From NCBI RefSeq assembly GCF_006345805.1, contig NC_043015.1, forward strand, positions 33,294,001 to 33,358,000: a stretch of 64,000 nt of DNA. Direction: 5' to 3'. Source of the DNA: Octopus sinensis (Eukaryota). Within the stretch, counting starts at the first letter, position 1, and each line of letters begins with the position of its first letter. The position numbers were made by a program, and so were the translations under genes. Below are positions 28,746 to 41,794 of this stretch, piece by piece. The notes below the pieces were generated by a model. It had not been told where the DNA came from and made no database searches. It saw nothing but the letters and a program-made list of their open reading frames with translations.

Positions 28746-29345
28746 CACCCACCGGTAAGTGAACCTAGAACCATGCGGTTGGAAAGCATAAGAAATTTGT
28801 TTCCTAGTCAAGTGGTTTCTAATCTGGTTATCATGCATGGCATTCTGGCTAAGTGAATTTTGCAGAAGGAAAGTGTAAGAAACCTGTTGCATGTGCTAAT
28901 CGTCAGTGAACGTTGATGATATTCTACAGTTTATTACTCCGAGTCTAAATAATGATGATGTTTACATAATGAAAGGTCAATGTGTACTTCTGAAAACATA
29001 TGCAATAAAGAAAAATCCCTTACTTGGAAAACAGGTTAAAGTTAGTGACAGGAAGAGCATCTGGCAGTAAGATCTTTCTTCAAAATAAGTCCCAATTCAA
29101 CAACCTATGCTAGAGTGAAAAACTGGACACTGAACAAACAAACCAACATATACACATAGACATATGAATTAAAGACTGTTAAAACTCATTGGCAGTCCAT
29201 AGTAAAATGCTAAGTTTTTGTCAATGGCAGTGGTGATTGCTCCAACACAGACAGACTCTTTATACATACATATTTATAAGTGGATACAACAGAGGATGGA
29301 GTTTGTGCCGAGAAGGAAGTGGTGTGTAAATGAGAAAATAGTCAC

Positions 29346-29374
29346 CGGGTAGTAAACACTATGTTTGCTAACAT
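29346..29374 (-). CDS. dlg1: Candidate alternative first coding exon of dlg1: MLANIVFTT(R)
   Basis: ATG TTA GCA AAC ATA GTG TTT ACT ACC CG|gtgact, phase 2, with an upstream in-frame TAG. Gives TTREPR. The donor is suboptimal (+5 C). Confidence 0.3.
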
Positions 29375-30398
29375 AAGTGCAGCGTGGCAGAGCTAAATAA
29401 TGAAGTTGGGGTAGGAAGTGAGAGTAATTTAGTAGAAAGGTCATTTCTGCAGACGGAGAAATGGTAGTAAACAGTAAGTGCTGCTGGCACACGGGTGAGG
29501 AAATCCCCATCGTGGTTAACATAGTGAGAGAGAGAGAGAGAGACGAACGGAACTGGAACACTTGACTAACAACAACAAAGGAAATGTGTGGGAGGAAGGG
29601 ATAGTCTCGAATATATAACATTCCACCATGTTGTATAACATTTCAACTATGGTGATAATGGAGGATGAAGATGATGGTGTTGCTAACAATGGCAGAAACG
29701 ATGGTGATGGTGGTGATTGCAATGATGACAGTAGTGATGGTGATAGCGGCAGAGATGACAACTTTAACTTTTTCAAACCACGTTTCAGACATTACCAGAG
29801 AAACAGTGCTAACAAATGTTTTAATTTATTTGTACCCTACATTTTTGTTCCAAATATCTCCATGGTTGATGTTTTCTCTGGTTAAATACCAATAACATTC
29901 TTCAGCCACTTGCATTGACAACACCCATTCCTCACTGAAAAACTAACAAGCAAACAAACATTGCCCTTCATTCTGCAAGTAAAAGTAACCAAGTATAATG
30001 AGGGGAACTTTCTAGGTGCAATCCCATGGTCATTCATAACCAAAGGGGGTCTTTTACCTTTACCCCTACCAAGAAGTATGGAACAAGACCATTGATATTT
30101 AAAGAAAATCATGGATTACTCGAGAGTTTCCTCACAGGATTCCTATTCACAGAACCTAGGAGTTCACCCTGAAGCGAGAGTGGGACATATTAATCTGACT
30201 GACTGAGGAAAGTAAAGCTGAAGAGGCCAATCATGGATGCAACACAACACCACTTCAAAGTTTGATTCAACTCACAGATATTTTGAGATGTAACATTAAA
30301 AATATGAGACTGATGCACTACAAAGGCATTTAAAAGTCATGTAACTGTTTTACTTTTGTATAAGTTGGATATTTTTGAAAATCTGGATATTCCTCCTT

Positions 30399-30435
<37 letters not shown>

Positions 30436-30440
30436 TAATC

Positions 30441-30640
30441 CAAACAAGAAAGCACAAAAAACACAACAACGCGAGGACGTGGAACAAATATAGTATTATT
30501 GGACGCTCAGGAAAGAAGGAGGGTTTAACATTTCGAGCGGAGCTCTTCGTTGGAAACTTAGGAGAAGGAAAGATCCAGAGAAGGGAAGACAGAGGGAAAA
30601 AAAAAAATCGCCAACGGTACACACGCTGTCACATTTTGAA
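30441..30640 (-). mobile_element. Short interspersed repeat within (TA)n carrying a degenerate minimal hammerhead motif
   Basis: Minus strand 30553-30526: CCAACGA-A-GAGC-UCC-GCUC-GAAAUGUUA. Flanked by TA microsatellites. Confidence 0.5.
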
Positions 30641-30642
30641 TA

Positions 30643-30686
<44 letters not shown>

Positions 30687-30687
<1 letters not shown>

Positions 30688-31487
30688 GTGGTCTGATCAA
30701 TAAGCATCTGGACTATTGCCATAGTAACGAAGCTAAAGCATGCAGAGTGAAGCTGCTTAGCACACTAAGTCTTAACATTCTGGCTCACTTCTACTGTTTA
30801 CAGCAGTGCTTGGAAGAAACGTGTGTAGCATGTGATTGTCACATTGATCATGAGAAAGTTGAGCAGAGAATCTGCATCAAATATTGCCAAAAGCTTGGCG
30901 ATACCTATTCAGAGGCCTACACAAAGTTTTCATTGTTCTCGATACAATCAAAGAGATTTTGTGTGTTTTTGGTCAACTGAAAGTAGTTTTAGTACAAACT
31001 TGGCAGACATGCGTCTCATACCCAAATCTTCAGTGATAATGGAATGAACTGAACTGAACTAATCTGCACATCTAATAACTCAGAGATGGTGATTTCACGA
31101 TTTCCCCTCACAACTGCACACACATCTGGCTGCAAGTCTCCCAGAACGTACACCACTATCAACATTTTTGTGGCCATCTTGGAAACGTCTAAACCACTTG
31201 TACACTTGCGTGCAGCTCATACACTCCTCTCCATACACTTCCTGCAACTTTGTGTAGGCCTCTGAGCAGGTATCGCCATGACAACTTTCTCAGTCATGGT
31301 CAATGCGACGATCGCATGCTACACACCTTCCTTCCAAGCACTGCTGTAAACAGAAGAGAGTAAAACTTTAAAACTTAGTGTGCATGCACAGCAGAATTCA
31401 TGGTCAATCTGTGCCAAGTGGCTTCACTCTGCGTGCATTAGCTTCGTTACTATGGCAACAGTCTGGATACTTATTGATCAGACCTCG
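30687..31487. mobile_element. Non-autonomous mariner made of two inverted 5' ends
   Basis: TA|cgtggtctgatcaataag...cttattgatcagacctcg|TA. The plus arm encodes EKVEQRICIKYCQKLGDTYSEAYTK; the minus arm encodes GDTCSEAYTKLQEVYGEECMSCTQVYKWFRRFQDG (mariner N-terminal HTH). Confidence 0.9.
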
Positions 31488-31633
31488 TACGCGTAAATTT
31501 AATTAGAGGTTGTGTTAACCTCCTGAAGGGATGGTTGCATCCAAGGAAATACTGGTTCAATCCCCAGTATTGTTGGGGAATGAAACTCCCTTAAAACAAT
31601 AGGTATATATTATACATATAGTTTGTATCCAAT

Positions 31634-32007
31634 TAAAAGAAGAAAATGGAGATTAGGAGGTTAATTATTTATTATTAACAACTTAGTAATCTTTGCTTCT
31701 TACAACCGTTTCAATTAATACTCAATAATTTAATTACAAATTTGTATGCTAAATTTGCATTTATGTGACATGAGCATAATTTCATCAGAGAAAAAAAAAT
31801 GTACCTATCAATTCATTTCACATTTAACATCCGAAGGTACATTTTCTTTTTCCTTTGCTGAAATTATGCTCATGTAACATAAATGCAAATTTGATGTACA
31901 AATTTGTAATTAAATTACTGAGTATTAATTGAAACAGCTGTAAGAAGCGAAGATGACCAATTTGTTAATAGTAAATAATTGTTAACTCCCTTATCTCCAT
32001 TTTCTTT

Positions 32008-32010
<3 letters not shown>
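31634..32010. repeat. Long imperfect inverted repeat (foldback), ~170 bp arms and ~28 nt spacer
   Basis: aagaaaatggagat...catgagcataatttca...aaatgtacct (to 31806) mirrors aggtacattt (from 31835)...tgaaattatgctcatg...atctccattttctt. Confidence 0.9.
31697..31792 (-). ncRNA. Type I hammerhead ribozyme motif (Penelope-type)
   Basis: Minus strand: UUCU-CUGAUGA-AAUUAUGCUCA...UGAGUAUUAAUU-GAAA-C GGUU G-UA-AGAA. Stem I UUCU/AGAA, extended stem II, very short stem III, GUA cleavage triplet at 31703-31701. Confidence 0.55.
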
Positions 32011-32051
<41 letters not shown>

Positions 32052-35000
32052 CCTGTTGTCTTTTGAGTTGATGCTCATTGTGAGAGTGTGGTTATCCAGG
32101 GAAGCTGAAATGTTGTAGTAGATAGTGTGTGTTGCAGTTACACAGGCTACACTAGACTATGTGAGTACTTGTGTACCCATACAGACTATCAGTTCGGCAT
32201 CTCGACCATCCAACTACAAATGATTTGATAGACATAATAATGTATAGGAATCGTGGAAAGTTAGAGATGATATAATTAAGTACTTGTGTACTTATGCAGA
32301 CCACTGATTCACCATCTTAACCATTCAACCATGAAGAATTTGATAGAGAGGATGCACAGGAATGATGGAATATTGTGGATGACATAGCACTGATCCTTTC
32401 AGACCCATATTTCTAATGGGATATATTGTCTGTGTGTTTTAATTCAATTAAAATAATTAAGATGTGGAGGTGGAGGTATTTGATAAAATAACCAGCTTTT
32501 TGAATTTGGTGTCTGGAATAACAAAAGATATATATTTAGAATATTAAAAATATGGTTAGGGACAAAGATGGCGTTTAGGACGTAAGAGACTAATATGTAA
32601 ATTGGTATATTTAGAAGCTGGTTGGAACATAGCTAAAACCAAATATATATATTGGTATATTAAGATGGTAATTGGGATGGAACAAAGAATAACTGTATGA
32701 TGGTATATTAAGATGAAGTTTATCAATACGTACACCTTGGTATATCTTAATAGTATAAGGAACATAACAGAATGAGTCTTAGACAAAATTGTGATAGAAA
32801 GTTTTAAGACAGAGTGTAAATTGAGAGATCTGAATGCTAAAATATGAGATAAGTTTGTGTAGAAAGGGTTAAAGATATAAAACCAATCTGTGATATTGAT
32901 ACAAGCAAACGTGAGATTCCTTTATTGGCAACTTTCTTTGGACTCAGGAATAAAACTAAGAATATGAAAATACAACAAAATAACCAAATACGCATTGTCC
33001 ATACTTTATAATAGCAACAACAACTACCATCACAATAGGAACTGAAATCTTTTCTATTCCACAAAGTTGGACTTTGTTTATTTTTGTTGCTATTCCTCCA
33101 CATTCTAACCACAATATCAACAAGTTAGGACTCTGAAATGATTGGATGGGATCTGACCAGAGAAACTGATTAAAAAAAAAAAAAAAATGAATGCAGCCAC
33201 GCCACCATCACCATCACCACACTCTCCCATCATCATCAGCAGCGGTGGTCGGTCGATAAGCTGTCTATAGCCAACTAACTAGCAACACTTTAACGACCCA
33301 TTAATGTCATACGCCACAGATTTCTATTGCTATGGAAATCAACAATATATTTTTAAAAATCAAAAAAAAAATAAATAAAGCAAAAGAAAGACCAATTCTT
33401 TTGAGATTTTAGACATCAATTGAACAGATTCCAAGAAGCTATTTACACTTAATGAAAAACCCAAGGAATTATAAGTTTACGTGTGTGTGTGTGTGTGTGT
33501 GTGACATAGATAAATCAATTCTCAGATGTTTGTTGTTAAACAAGTGAATATATAGTGTGCATTTTAATCAACTCAATCACTCAATAGTTTCCTAGCAGGA
33601 TCTGTTAGTCTAAGACGATGGTTTTTGTTGCTGGTTGTCAATAAAATAAAGAAATGATGACTTGGATATATACTGTCATAATAGAACAACAACATGGACA
33701 AAAGAATTTTTATATATATATATATATATAGACATACATGTGCATGCTATGTTTATATAATGTAGAGTGTGTGTATATATATACAACCACTACATCCAAA
33801 TGCACATAAGGGATGGTTTTTATGCACTACATTTATATGGAACTCAGTAGTCACCAAAATTATTTTGTCATGGAACCCTTAATTCCAATTTTTTTAAAAA
33901 TCACAGAACCCAAACCTAGTACACAATAGTATATACTGACATTGTAGTGCATACCTACCTTCCTTTTGTGTCATGCTAAAGGAAGTTTCTTATCTTCTGT
34001 CTAAATGTCCTCAGCCTCAGCAAAATATGTACTCAGCCCCAGAAAAAGTGGGCAGGGTGGGGGAGATGACGACAGGAAAAGCATCCAGCTATAGAAAATC
34101 TGCTTCAACAAATTCTATCTGATCCATGCCAGCATGGAAAAGTGGACATTAAAATGATGATGACACACACACACACATACAGTGTGCACTTGGTGGGGGG
34201 CACAAGTGTATGATTATGCATCTGCTTTGATTCATCTGCACTTTTTCTCCCACCTTTCACTGTTACTACTTCTACCAACATTTGTCACAACTCCCCCTCT
34301 CACTCCACCCCCTCTCCATCTTGCCTGCCATTTGCTGTCATCTCCATCATCACAACTGTAGCTCTCAGCTTTCACTAATGAAACCTGTAGAATTTCCATA
34401 AATTTGCTAGTAACTTATTTTGATAATGGTGAAAAAAACATTATTTTTTTAATAAAATAAATCATTATTGCATTTTATCAAACACTTCTTATCTTGCAGA
34501 ATCCCAGAATGTTTTAATGGAAGCTACTTAAAGAAACGCTGATATACACATCGTGTATATAAAGTGGGTTAGCAGGAAGTTCCTTCTTATCCCACCATAC
34601 ACTTGGCACATTTCCAAATCAATTGTTATTCTTCAAGTTAATGTTCTTTTCTTTTTATGGCCTAAACTTCCTCAACTTGCTTTCATTCTGGGATACTTAT
34701 TCATGTCAAACTGACAATGCAGGCTCAAAGAAGCCTCATTTACCAAATATTTTTCACAAAAAATTCTTATTTTCTTTCTTCATTTATTGGTTTGGTTTGA
34801 AGGAAGGGATTGTGACTAGAGTCTATCGAGCAGCCTTCAACTTGCAAATGTTCCTTGGGAATATTTGCAAGTTAAAGGCTGCAGAAAAAAATGTGCAAGA
34901 AGAGAATTCCAGAATACCAGACTGTGTAAAAAGGAAACTGAACAAGTAAGATCTGGCACCTACCTGACTATATAGGTATAAGAGGACAGAAAGGGCTAAT

Positions 35001-37318
35001 TTAGTAAATCAACAAATTCAACAGAGACATACTTCACAACTACATGAGTTTTATAAGAAAATAAAATAAAAAAGACCTTATACTGGCCTTATATGGTATT
35101 TTTACTGAGAGATCTTAAGACAAGCAACAATAAGGCAGAAAAGTTAAATTGATAGTTTATTATAACAGTTGGATTAAGGTGATTATTACTTAACCCTAGG
35201 CCTATCTAAGACTACATTATCCAATTTACGTTTCCTTTTTTCAAGATGGCAAGGTGTGATTTGAGGAAGATATAGTTTCTACATTTAGCAAATGTAGAGG
35301 ATCAGAAGTGTGAGATGCTCAAGTGTTGCAATACCAATCCATTTAAAATGACTAAAAACTAATTATCTCAATATTTTGCACTTAAAAACTTGATCTGTAA
35401 ATTAAACACCTTTAACATATTTTTGAAACAATAATTCATAATTGATAAAACATACTGGCATTCCTACAGCATAGAGTCAGAACATAATTTCTTTGGGGCT
35501 GTACCTTTTAAGCGTAAAAAAACGATTTTCAGGGAACAGTCAAAGCTGGAAAGTTATGAGGTGAGATGGCCCCACACCTAATTCCCCCCTCTGCCTCATA
35601 AGCCCTGATGCCTAAAACATACAGATCTGAAGAAATTAGGATTCTTTTTTTTTTTCGGTGGTAAACAATTCCCAACTCTATTCTATAAGAATGCCAAAAT
35701 ATTCAATCCTTTTCTTACTTTATTTCTATTGAAATAAACTGTTTTAGTTAATTTTGGAAATAACGATGAATTTAGTCGAATAACTGTCATTATTAAGCTG
35801 GTGTTTGGAACACAAATTAACGCGAAATTTTGATGGACAGTTTTAATTTAGATCACTTTAAGAGAAAGTTTGTATTGTAATATCAGGAGTGACTTCAGGC
35901 AGGTTTGTATCAAAAGAGTTAGTGTGTGAAATATGTAAAAACATCAGAATAAAGTAAAAACCATTATGAGAGGAGACAACATTGGCTTACATCTACTGAT
36001 ATCAATACACAAGTAAAAACTCCTTGGGGGTGCCTTAATAGCCTTATATTTGATCAAATGGTCTTTCACACTCTATAGTCACTGACCATCAGGTGTACAT
36101 ACATTCTTCATTCATTTCCAATGTTTAAACTGCTGTAAAATAACCTTTCTCAATAACATTGATAACTCATTTAATGGTACTCCAAAATTTAACATTGCAT
36201 ACTCAACAAAATATTACACCAAACTAGTTCTTCAACTCTTATATACACTCACAATATTCACAGCTTGTGTTACTCACTACCAGACAGTACCCACAGATCA
36301 TGCTCTTCAAATGACCAAAATTGAGATGCAATTCACTACGTCATGCTAGGAATCTCATCCCACCATTAGGCTGGTTTGATCAACTTCATCTTGTGTCTAT
36401 CACTAACATCAATTTAATTGAACAGTCTTCACTCTCTATTAGGGTGCAGAATTCTCCAAAATATAACAAATGTAATGGTCTAGAGTTTGGTAGAAAAACA
36501 GCAGTCAACAGAGCTTACCCCACATTGAGAAACAATAAAGATGGTAGAGATGTGACCACCGATTTCTTATTTTGGTCTTGTGCTCACACCAGTTGTGTTT
36601 GAGGCCTCGCGATAAGCCTGATAGACATACCAAGGAGACAATCTTGAAATTCTTTCTTGGTAGCACAGGGTAAGGTTTCACAGATGCTGTGAAGCTTCTG
36701 GCAGGTACCTTTTAGGTGTGTCTCTTTGTGTGCCACGTGGAACTCCTCTCATTGCCATACACTACTTGTTCCCTAAAAATGTTCTCCTATACTCTACCTC
36801 CAGCAGAAAGAGAAAAAACAGTTTCTTAGCAACAAAGGTAACAAATCTTTTACAATTCTAACCATTGAAACATTTCTGTTATTTACACACAGAGTTCATT
36901 ATTTTTCCACTAGAAGAAATGCAGAGAGTGAGAAACTGAGTAGTAATGGATGAGACATCAGCTTTGGACAAAGAAACTAATAGATGTACTAAGTATCTTT
37001 TTTTTTTATACTTGTACATTCATTATACTCATACACAAGGTGATGGTATTCCATCTTTTCCAACCATTCCTTCCCTGAACCAATGAGAAAGTCTCCTCTA
37101 TGTAGCTAATCAGCTAGAAACTTAAGCCAAACCTCACTCAAAGTTATATCTTTAACAGAAGGTAGAGTACACCGGGATAATGCAGTCCTAGTTATGCTGG
37201 TACCTTTGAAAAGGTAAATGAGATTGTTGTGGCTGAAGCAATTTTCATCATAGGCTAACTGGATTAGAGTTAAAATTATTAATCTCTTCTCACCACTAGG
37301 ATATAATTTCATAATTTT

Positions 37319-37477
37319 TACACTCATGGAGTGGTTGGCGTTAGGAAGGGCATCCAGCTGTAGAAACACTGCCAGATCAGACTAGAGCCTGGTGCAGCCC
37401 CCTGGCTTCCCAGACCCTGGTCGAACCATCCAACCTGTGCTAGCACGGAAAACAGACATTAAACGATGATGATGATG
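37319..37477 (+). mobile_element. SINE 3' part ending in (GAT)n
   Basis: gagtggttggcgttaggaagggcatccagctgtagaaac...gacattaaacgatgatgatg. An inverse copy lies at 47231-47452; other copies at ~4390-4650 and ~13110-13305. Confidence 0.8.
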
Positions 37478-40456
37478 TTTCAGACCATTCCACTGATGGT
37501 TACCAGCAAATTAAGATCCAAGTAAAGCAACAGCAATCATTCACCTGTAAAAGTTAGGAAATGCTTTCACTGCAGAAACTGCCATGCCCTTGCTAACATC
37601 ATAAAAAGTAACGACACTGCAGGATGGTAATTCAGCTGAATGTCAAATGTATTGCATGTTTATTCACATAGTTTTGAATTAACACATTATCTTGTAGTTT
37701 CAAGATTTCAATGGTATGTTTGTATGTTCTTAGAATGATATTGTAGGGTAGGAGGGAGGGGTTTGGATCTGGTTAGTTTTAATGTAAAACAGTATTTGGG
37801 CGAGATATGGCTAGATTAAATGCAAAAAGGGTTATACTGCCTAAGAACTCCAAGTCAGTTTTGCATGTGATTGATAGTGACCTGGAGGTGAAACAGTGAT
37901 TGTCAATTAGATAACTTGAAGCAAACATAATGACAGCGTGTGAATTTATTTGTAAACAACCAAGAAAGACACAAAAGAAACTCAAGAAACTTAGTTGAAG
38001 ACACATTATAAACGGTAATCACATTAGAAAAAAAAGTATACCGTATGACCTTTGCACCGAAAGTTTGAATAAAATTTAAAATACATTATACACAACACCG
38101 GAATGAATAAAGCCCACGGAATGTGTTGATGTGAATTTCACACGTGTTGATGCCGAAGACATGAACATGTTTAAGAACTGGTTGAAATCCACTGCAACAG
38201 TTCAAAATGGGAAGATGTGAAAAGTTGAACAATTAAATCATGGGTCACTGCTGTCATAAATCAGTTAGATGCCTAACTTGTGATAAAATTAGTCCAAATT
38301 ATCTTCCCGTGTGGCCAAACTGACCGTTGCTATGAATCAACAAATAGCAGAAATTATTTTCAATTCACTAAGAGTGTGACTTCACAACAGACATTACTGT
38401 TAGACAAGAGACCAGCTTAAGAAGTGGGACACGTGGCCCACAAACCTTGACCCTAAGCCATGAATGTGTAACAGAAATATCAGTACAGAGAGAAACTGGA
38501 CCTTAAGGTGTAGCTTGAACTTTCAGGTGAGAGAAGTAATAAGAGGGCAAGACAAGGAGTATAGGACACCTGCAAGCAGCTGGTACTGTGGCAATGAAAT
38601 TGAGAAATGAGGTAGAAATATTATCTTATGCGGAACCTTCCAAAAAAGGTGTCAAAAGAACACAAGTTGGTGGAAGGATGCTGTGGGGAAAGAGGATCCA
38701 TCTACTCTGAACAAACATGAGAAAATGAATGGAAAATGATTATGATTAGCTGGAGAGGAGCACATTTTCTATACAACATAAGTAACAGAAAGGTTACTTT
38801 GGACCAACTACTCAATGTTAAAAGCATGACCCCCTTCAGCCATGAATGACCATGGGATTGCACCTAGAAAGTTCCCTTCCAAGGCACAAGTCGAAGTAAG
38901 ATTGTTTATGGAAGACGAGCAGTCACCCATGCATGCCAGCCTCTCCTCTCTCCATGTCACCGATGTTATCCAAGGGAAAGGCAAGAGCCATTACAGCTTG
39001 GCATCAGTGACATTGAAACTCATTTCTACAGATGATTCAACTGGAGCGACGTGAAATAAAGTGTTTTGCTCAATAACACAACACACAGCCTGGTCCAGGA
39101 ATCAAACTCACTACCTCATGATTGTGAGCCCAACATTCTAACCACTGAGCGATGTGAAATTGGGAGCTCCATAATTAAGAGAGAAATATTCCAAGTTAGG
39201 ATGAGCCCTGGGTCATTAAAGGTGTGTGTGCCTTGTTTCAAAGGAAGGGTCCAGTGTTTATGGCACTATGGAATGTGCTAAATTTGAAACGAAATCAAAT
39301 CTCAAGAAACAGTAAGACACCTAGGGTTGAACTATATAGTTCTAACTTGGTTTTATTTCTTTTACATTGCTAGTGTCATTGACAAAGGCTCATTTTCATC
39401 AACCCTAAATGTTATTCTGCGTCATTATAATAAGAAACATTAAACATTTCTATTTTCCATTCGTATATCAGAAGGAAGACAAAAGCTCCAGCCTGAAAAT
39501 GTGAAGCTGGAGCTTCCTAAGCACTGAATGCGATAAAAATTGAATTCCTTATAAATACACACACAAACACTTCACACAGATTGATTTCAACTGATAAGAA
39601 ATTTTAGCAAAGACAAACATCTTCGTATTCTAAGTAGCAATGATAAGTGGATAAATGTCAAATAAATCATGAACACTATAAAGAAAAAGCTGATGTGACT
39701 CAAGGCAAGAAGACAGTGATGGCAACACCATCTATGATAGAGCATCCACTGTAACAAAAACATCTGCTGTCATGGTAAAAGCAACAGAACCTGCTGTAAC
39801 CGTGCAACAGGGAAAGCAGTCACTTTCACTGCAATATAAAGGCCAAAGTCTCGACTGTGATGCCAAAGGAAGGCAACAACATCTACAGTGACACAGAATA
39901 ACATAGAGAAGCCAGTAGAATTCAAAGTTACTGGTTCTCAAACAAACTTTATAGTTGGCAACTAGAAAGTGGGCAAACAAAAAGATATATATTTATTGAT
40001 TCACAGCATACAAATGTTGTGTCAGCGGGAAATTCCAATAGAGCTGTGAATACAATGCGAATGGCCAACCAAAACTAAGATCCAACTGTCTACTGGAGTA
40101 ATAACTGAACCCAAAGAATTAATTACATGGGATATTATAGGGATTTAAATGTGAAAAAAAAAAACAATTTTTCTATGATTTACATTAAAAAGAAACCCCT
40201 CCACCAAATTGTATATAATTGAGCATACATCACTGGCTTCAGCTTAACAGCTGAAGTATGCTAAATGTGTTCATTTGTTTATGTCCTCTTTTATATACTG
40301 GTATGGGTTGAGCAAGTTTTCTGAAGCATTTGTTATTCCTAGCCCCTTACAACATACAGGTAACAAAAGGATTCAATAGAGAAGTAGTTTCTGTCAGACA
40401 AACAACTGCCAGCAAAACTTCAAAGCCACAACCACCTCGTATTTCTGTCTCATCTA

Positions 40457-40527
<71 letters not shown>

Positions 40528-40556
40528 GTAGGCAAATACACTTGTATGTGTCTTAC

Positions 40557-40588
40557 CTTCCATATATATGACAAAGATGACAGAGCAT
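40557..40588 (-). CDS. dlg1: Candidate alternative first coding exon of dlg1: MLCHLCHIYG(R)
   Basis: TAA ATG CTC TGT CAT CTT TGT CAT ATA TAT GGA AG|gtaaga: strong donor, phase 2, in frame with the PDZ3 exon. Kozak context is weak. Confidence 0.35.
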
Positions 40589-41388
40589 TTACACTGTCCA
40601 AAACTGAATTCTGCTAATATGTAGGTGTGTGTGTGTGTGTGTGTATATATTTATTTATTATGATATCCTAAACATCCAGAGTCCTCAAATTCTGAGACTT
40701 TATAATACACTAACTCTACCCAATCATTTATAAGTACACAATTTATATCACAAAACATTTAAACTACACACACACACACACAAATAGTTGCAGCAAGTAA
40801 CAGGATCAACCCAAATAAACTCCACCATTAAGTTTGCATTGAGTACTTCTCTGGATCATTACTTAGCAGCAGCACCAGGAGCAGCCCTCAGTCATGTTTT
40901 GAACTATTGCAATCAACTTCAGCAGGGTGTTGTTGTTTACTGAAATGTATCCAGGTGTTGGTGGGTTTTTAAAATATTTCTTGGAGGAATTTCTCCAGGT
41001 ACTATTTGAGTGTTATAAGATCTTTTTCTTTGATTTCTTCTTGGATAATTCTGAATAAAGCAGGACCAGAAAAATTTTAAGAAAAAGTTGTGTTCCAATG
41101 TTTTGTGATGCGAGCTCTTAATTTTATTTTGTGCAAGGCATACAACACAGGACCTTAGCCTTCTTTGGGTAACTTGTGAATTTGGTACCATCACTGTTTG
41201 GACAATGCTGATGAAATATTTTCTAATTGTACAAATGATGAAGCATTCATAGAAGTGTTGGAGAGGAAGAGAGTTTGAATATTTTGTCTTTTTTATAAGT
41301 AATCCTAGCAATCAGGGCCTGTTGTGCCATTTGTTTTTATTTCTTTTTGTAATCAACCTCTGGGAGCTTCAACTTTCAAAATGTTTTG

Positions 41389-41580
41389 TTATGTGTAGGG
41401 AGACCATAGTGGGCTGCAGTATTCAAGGTGAAACCTGGCAAATGTGGAAAAGAGGAAGATGATACCAGGATCTCGAGGCTGGAAGGTTCTAAGGATCCAG
41501 GAGCACATTCTGTAGGCCATGTCAACTTTATTGTTCATACGTACACTCCAGCTTAGATTGTGACACAGTAACAACTCAGT
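41389..41580 (-). mobile_element. CR1/L2-group LINE fragment
   Basis: WILRTF...FSTFARFHLEYCSPLWSP resembles the LVRPHLEY..WSP motif downstream of the RT domain. Confidence 0.75.
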
Positions 41581-41636
41581 CTCTATTTTTTGATGCTATG
41601 AGAAGCTCTGACGAGGGAAGAGAGTATAGCTGTTTA

Positions 41637-41690
<54 letters not shown>

Positions 41691-41762
41691 TATATAGATA
41701 GAGAGAGAGAGTGGTATGTATATGTATATCTAAACATACACATACCCCTCTCTTTCTCTCTT

Positions 41763-41794
<32 letters not shown>

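Noticed and set aside
30375-30980. 201 aa plus-strand ORF
   Set aside because: It is a chance read-through of (TA)n tracts, a short repeat and a mariner 5' end, not a gene.
38042-38170. CpG-containing block ending ACG|gtatac
   Set aside because: Weak donor; the ATG frame is phase 0, and the phase-2 frame (..AKVIR) has a stop and no ATG.
39483-39515. 10 bp inverted repeat aagctccagc/gctggagctt
   Set aside because: Too short to distinguish from chance and has no supporting context.
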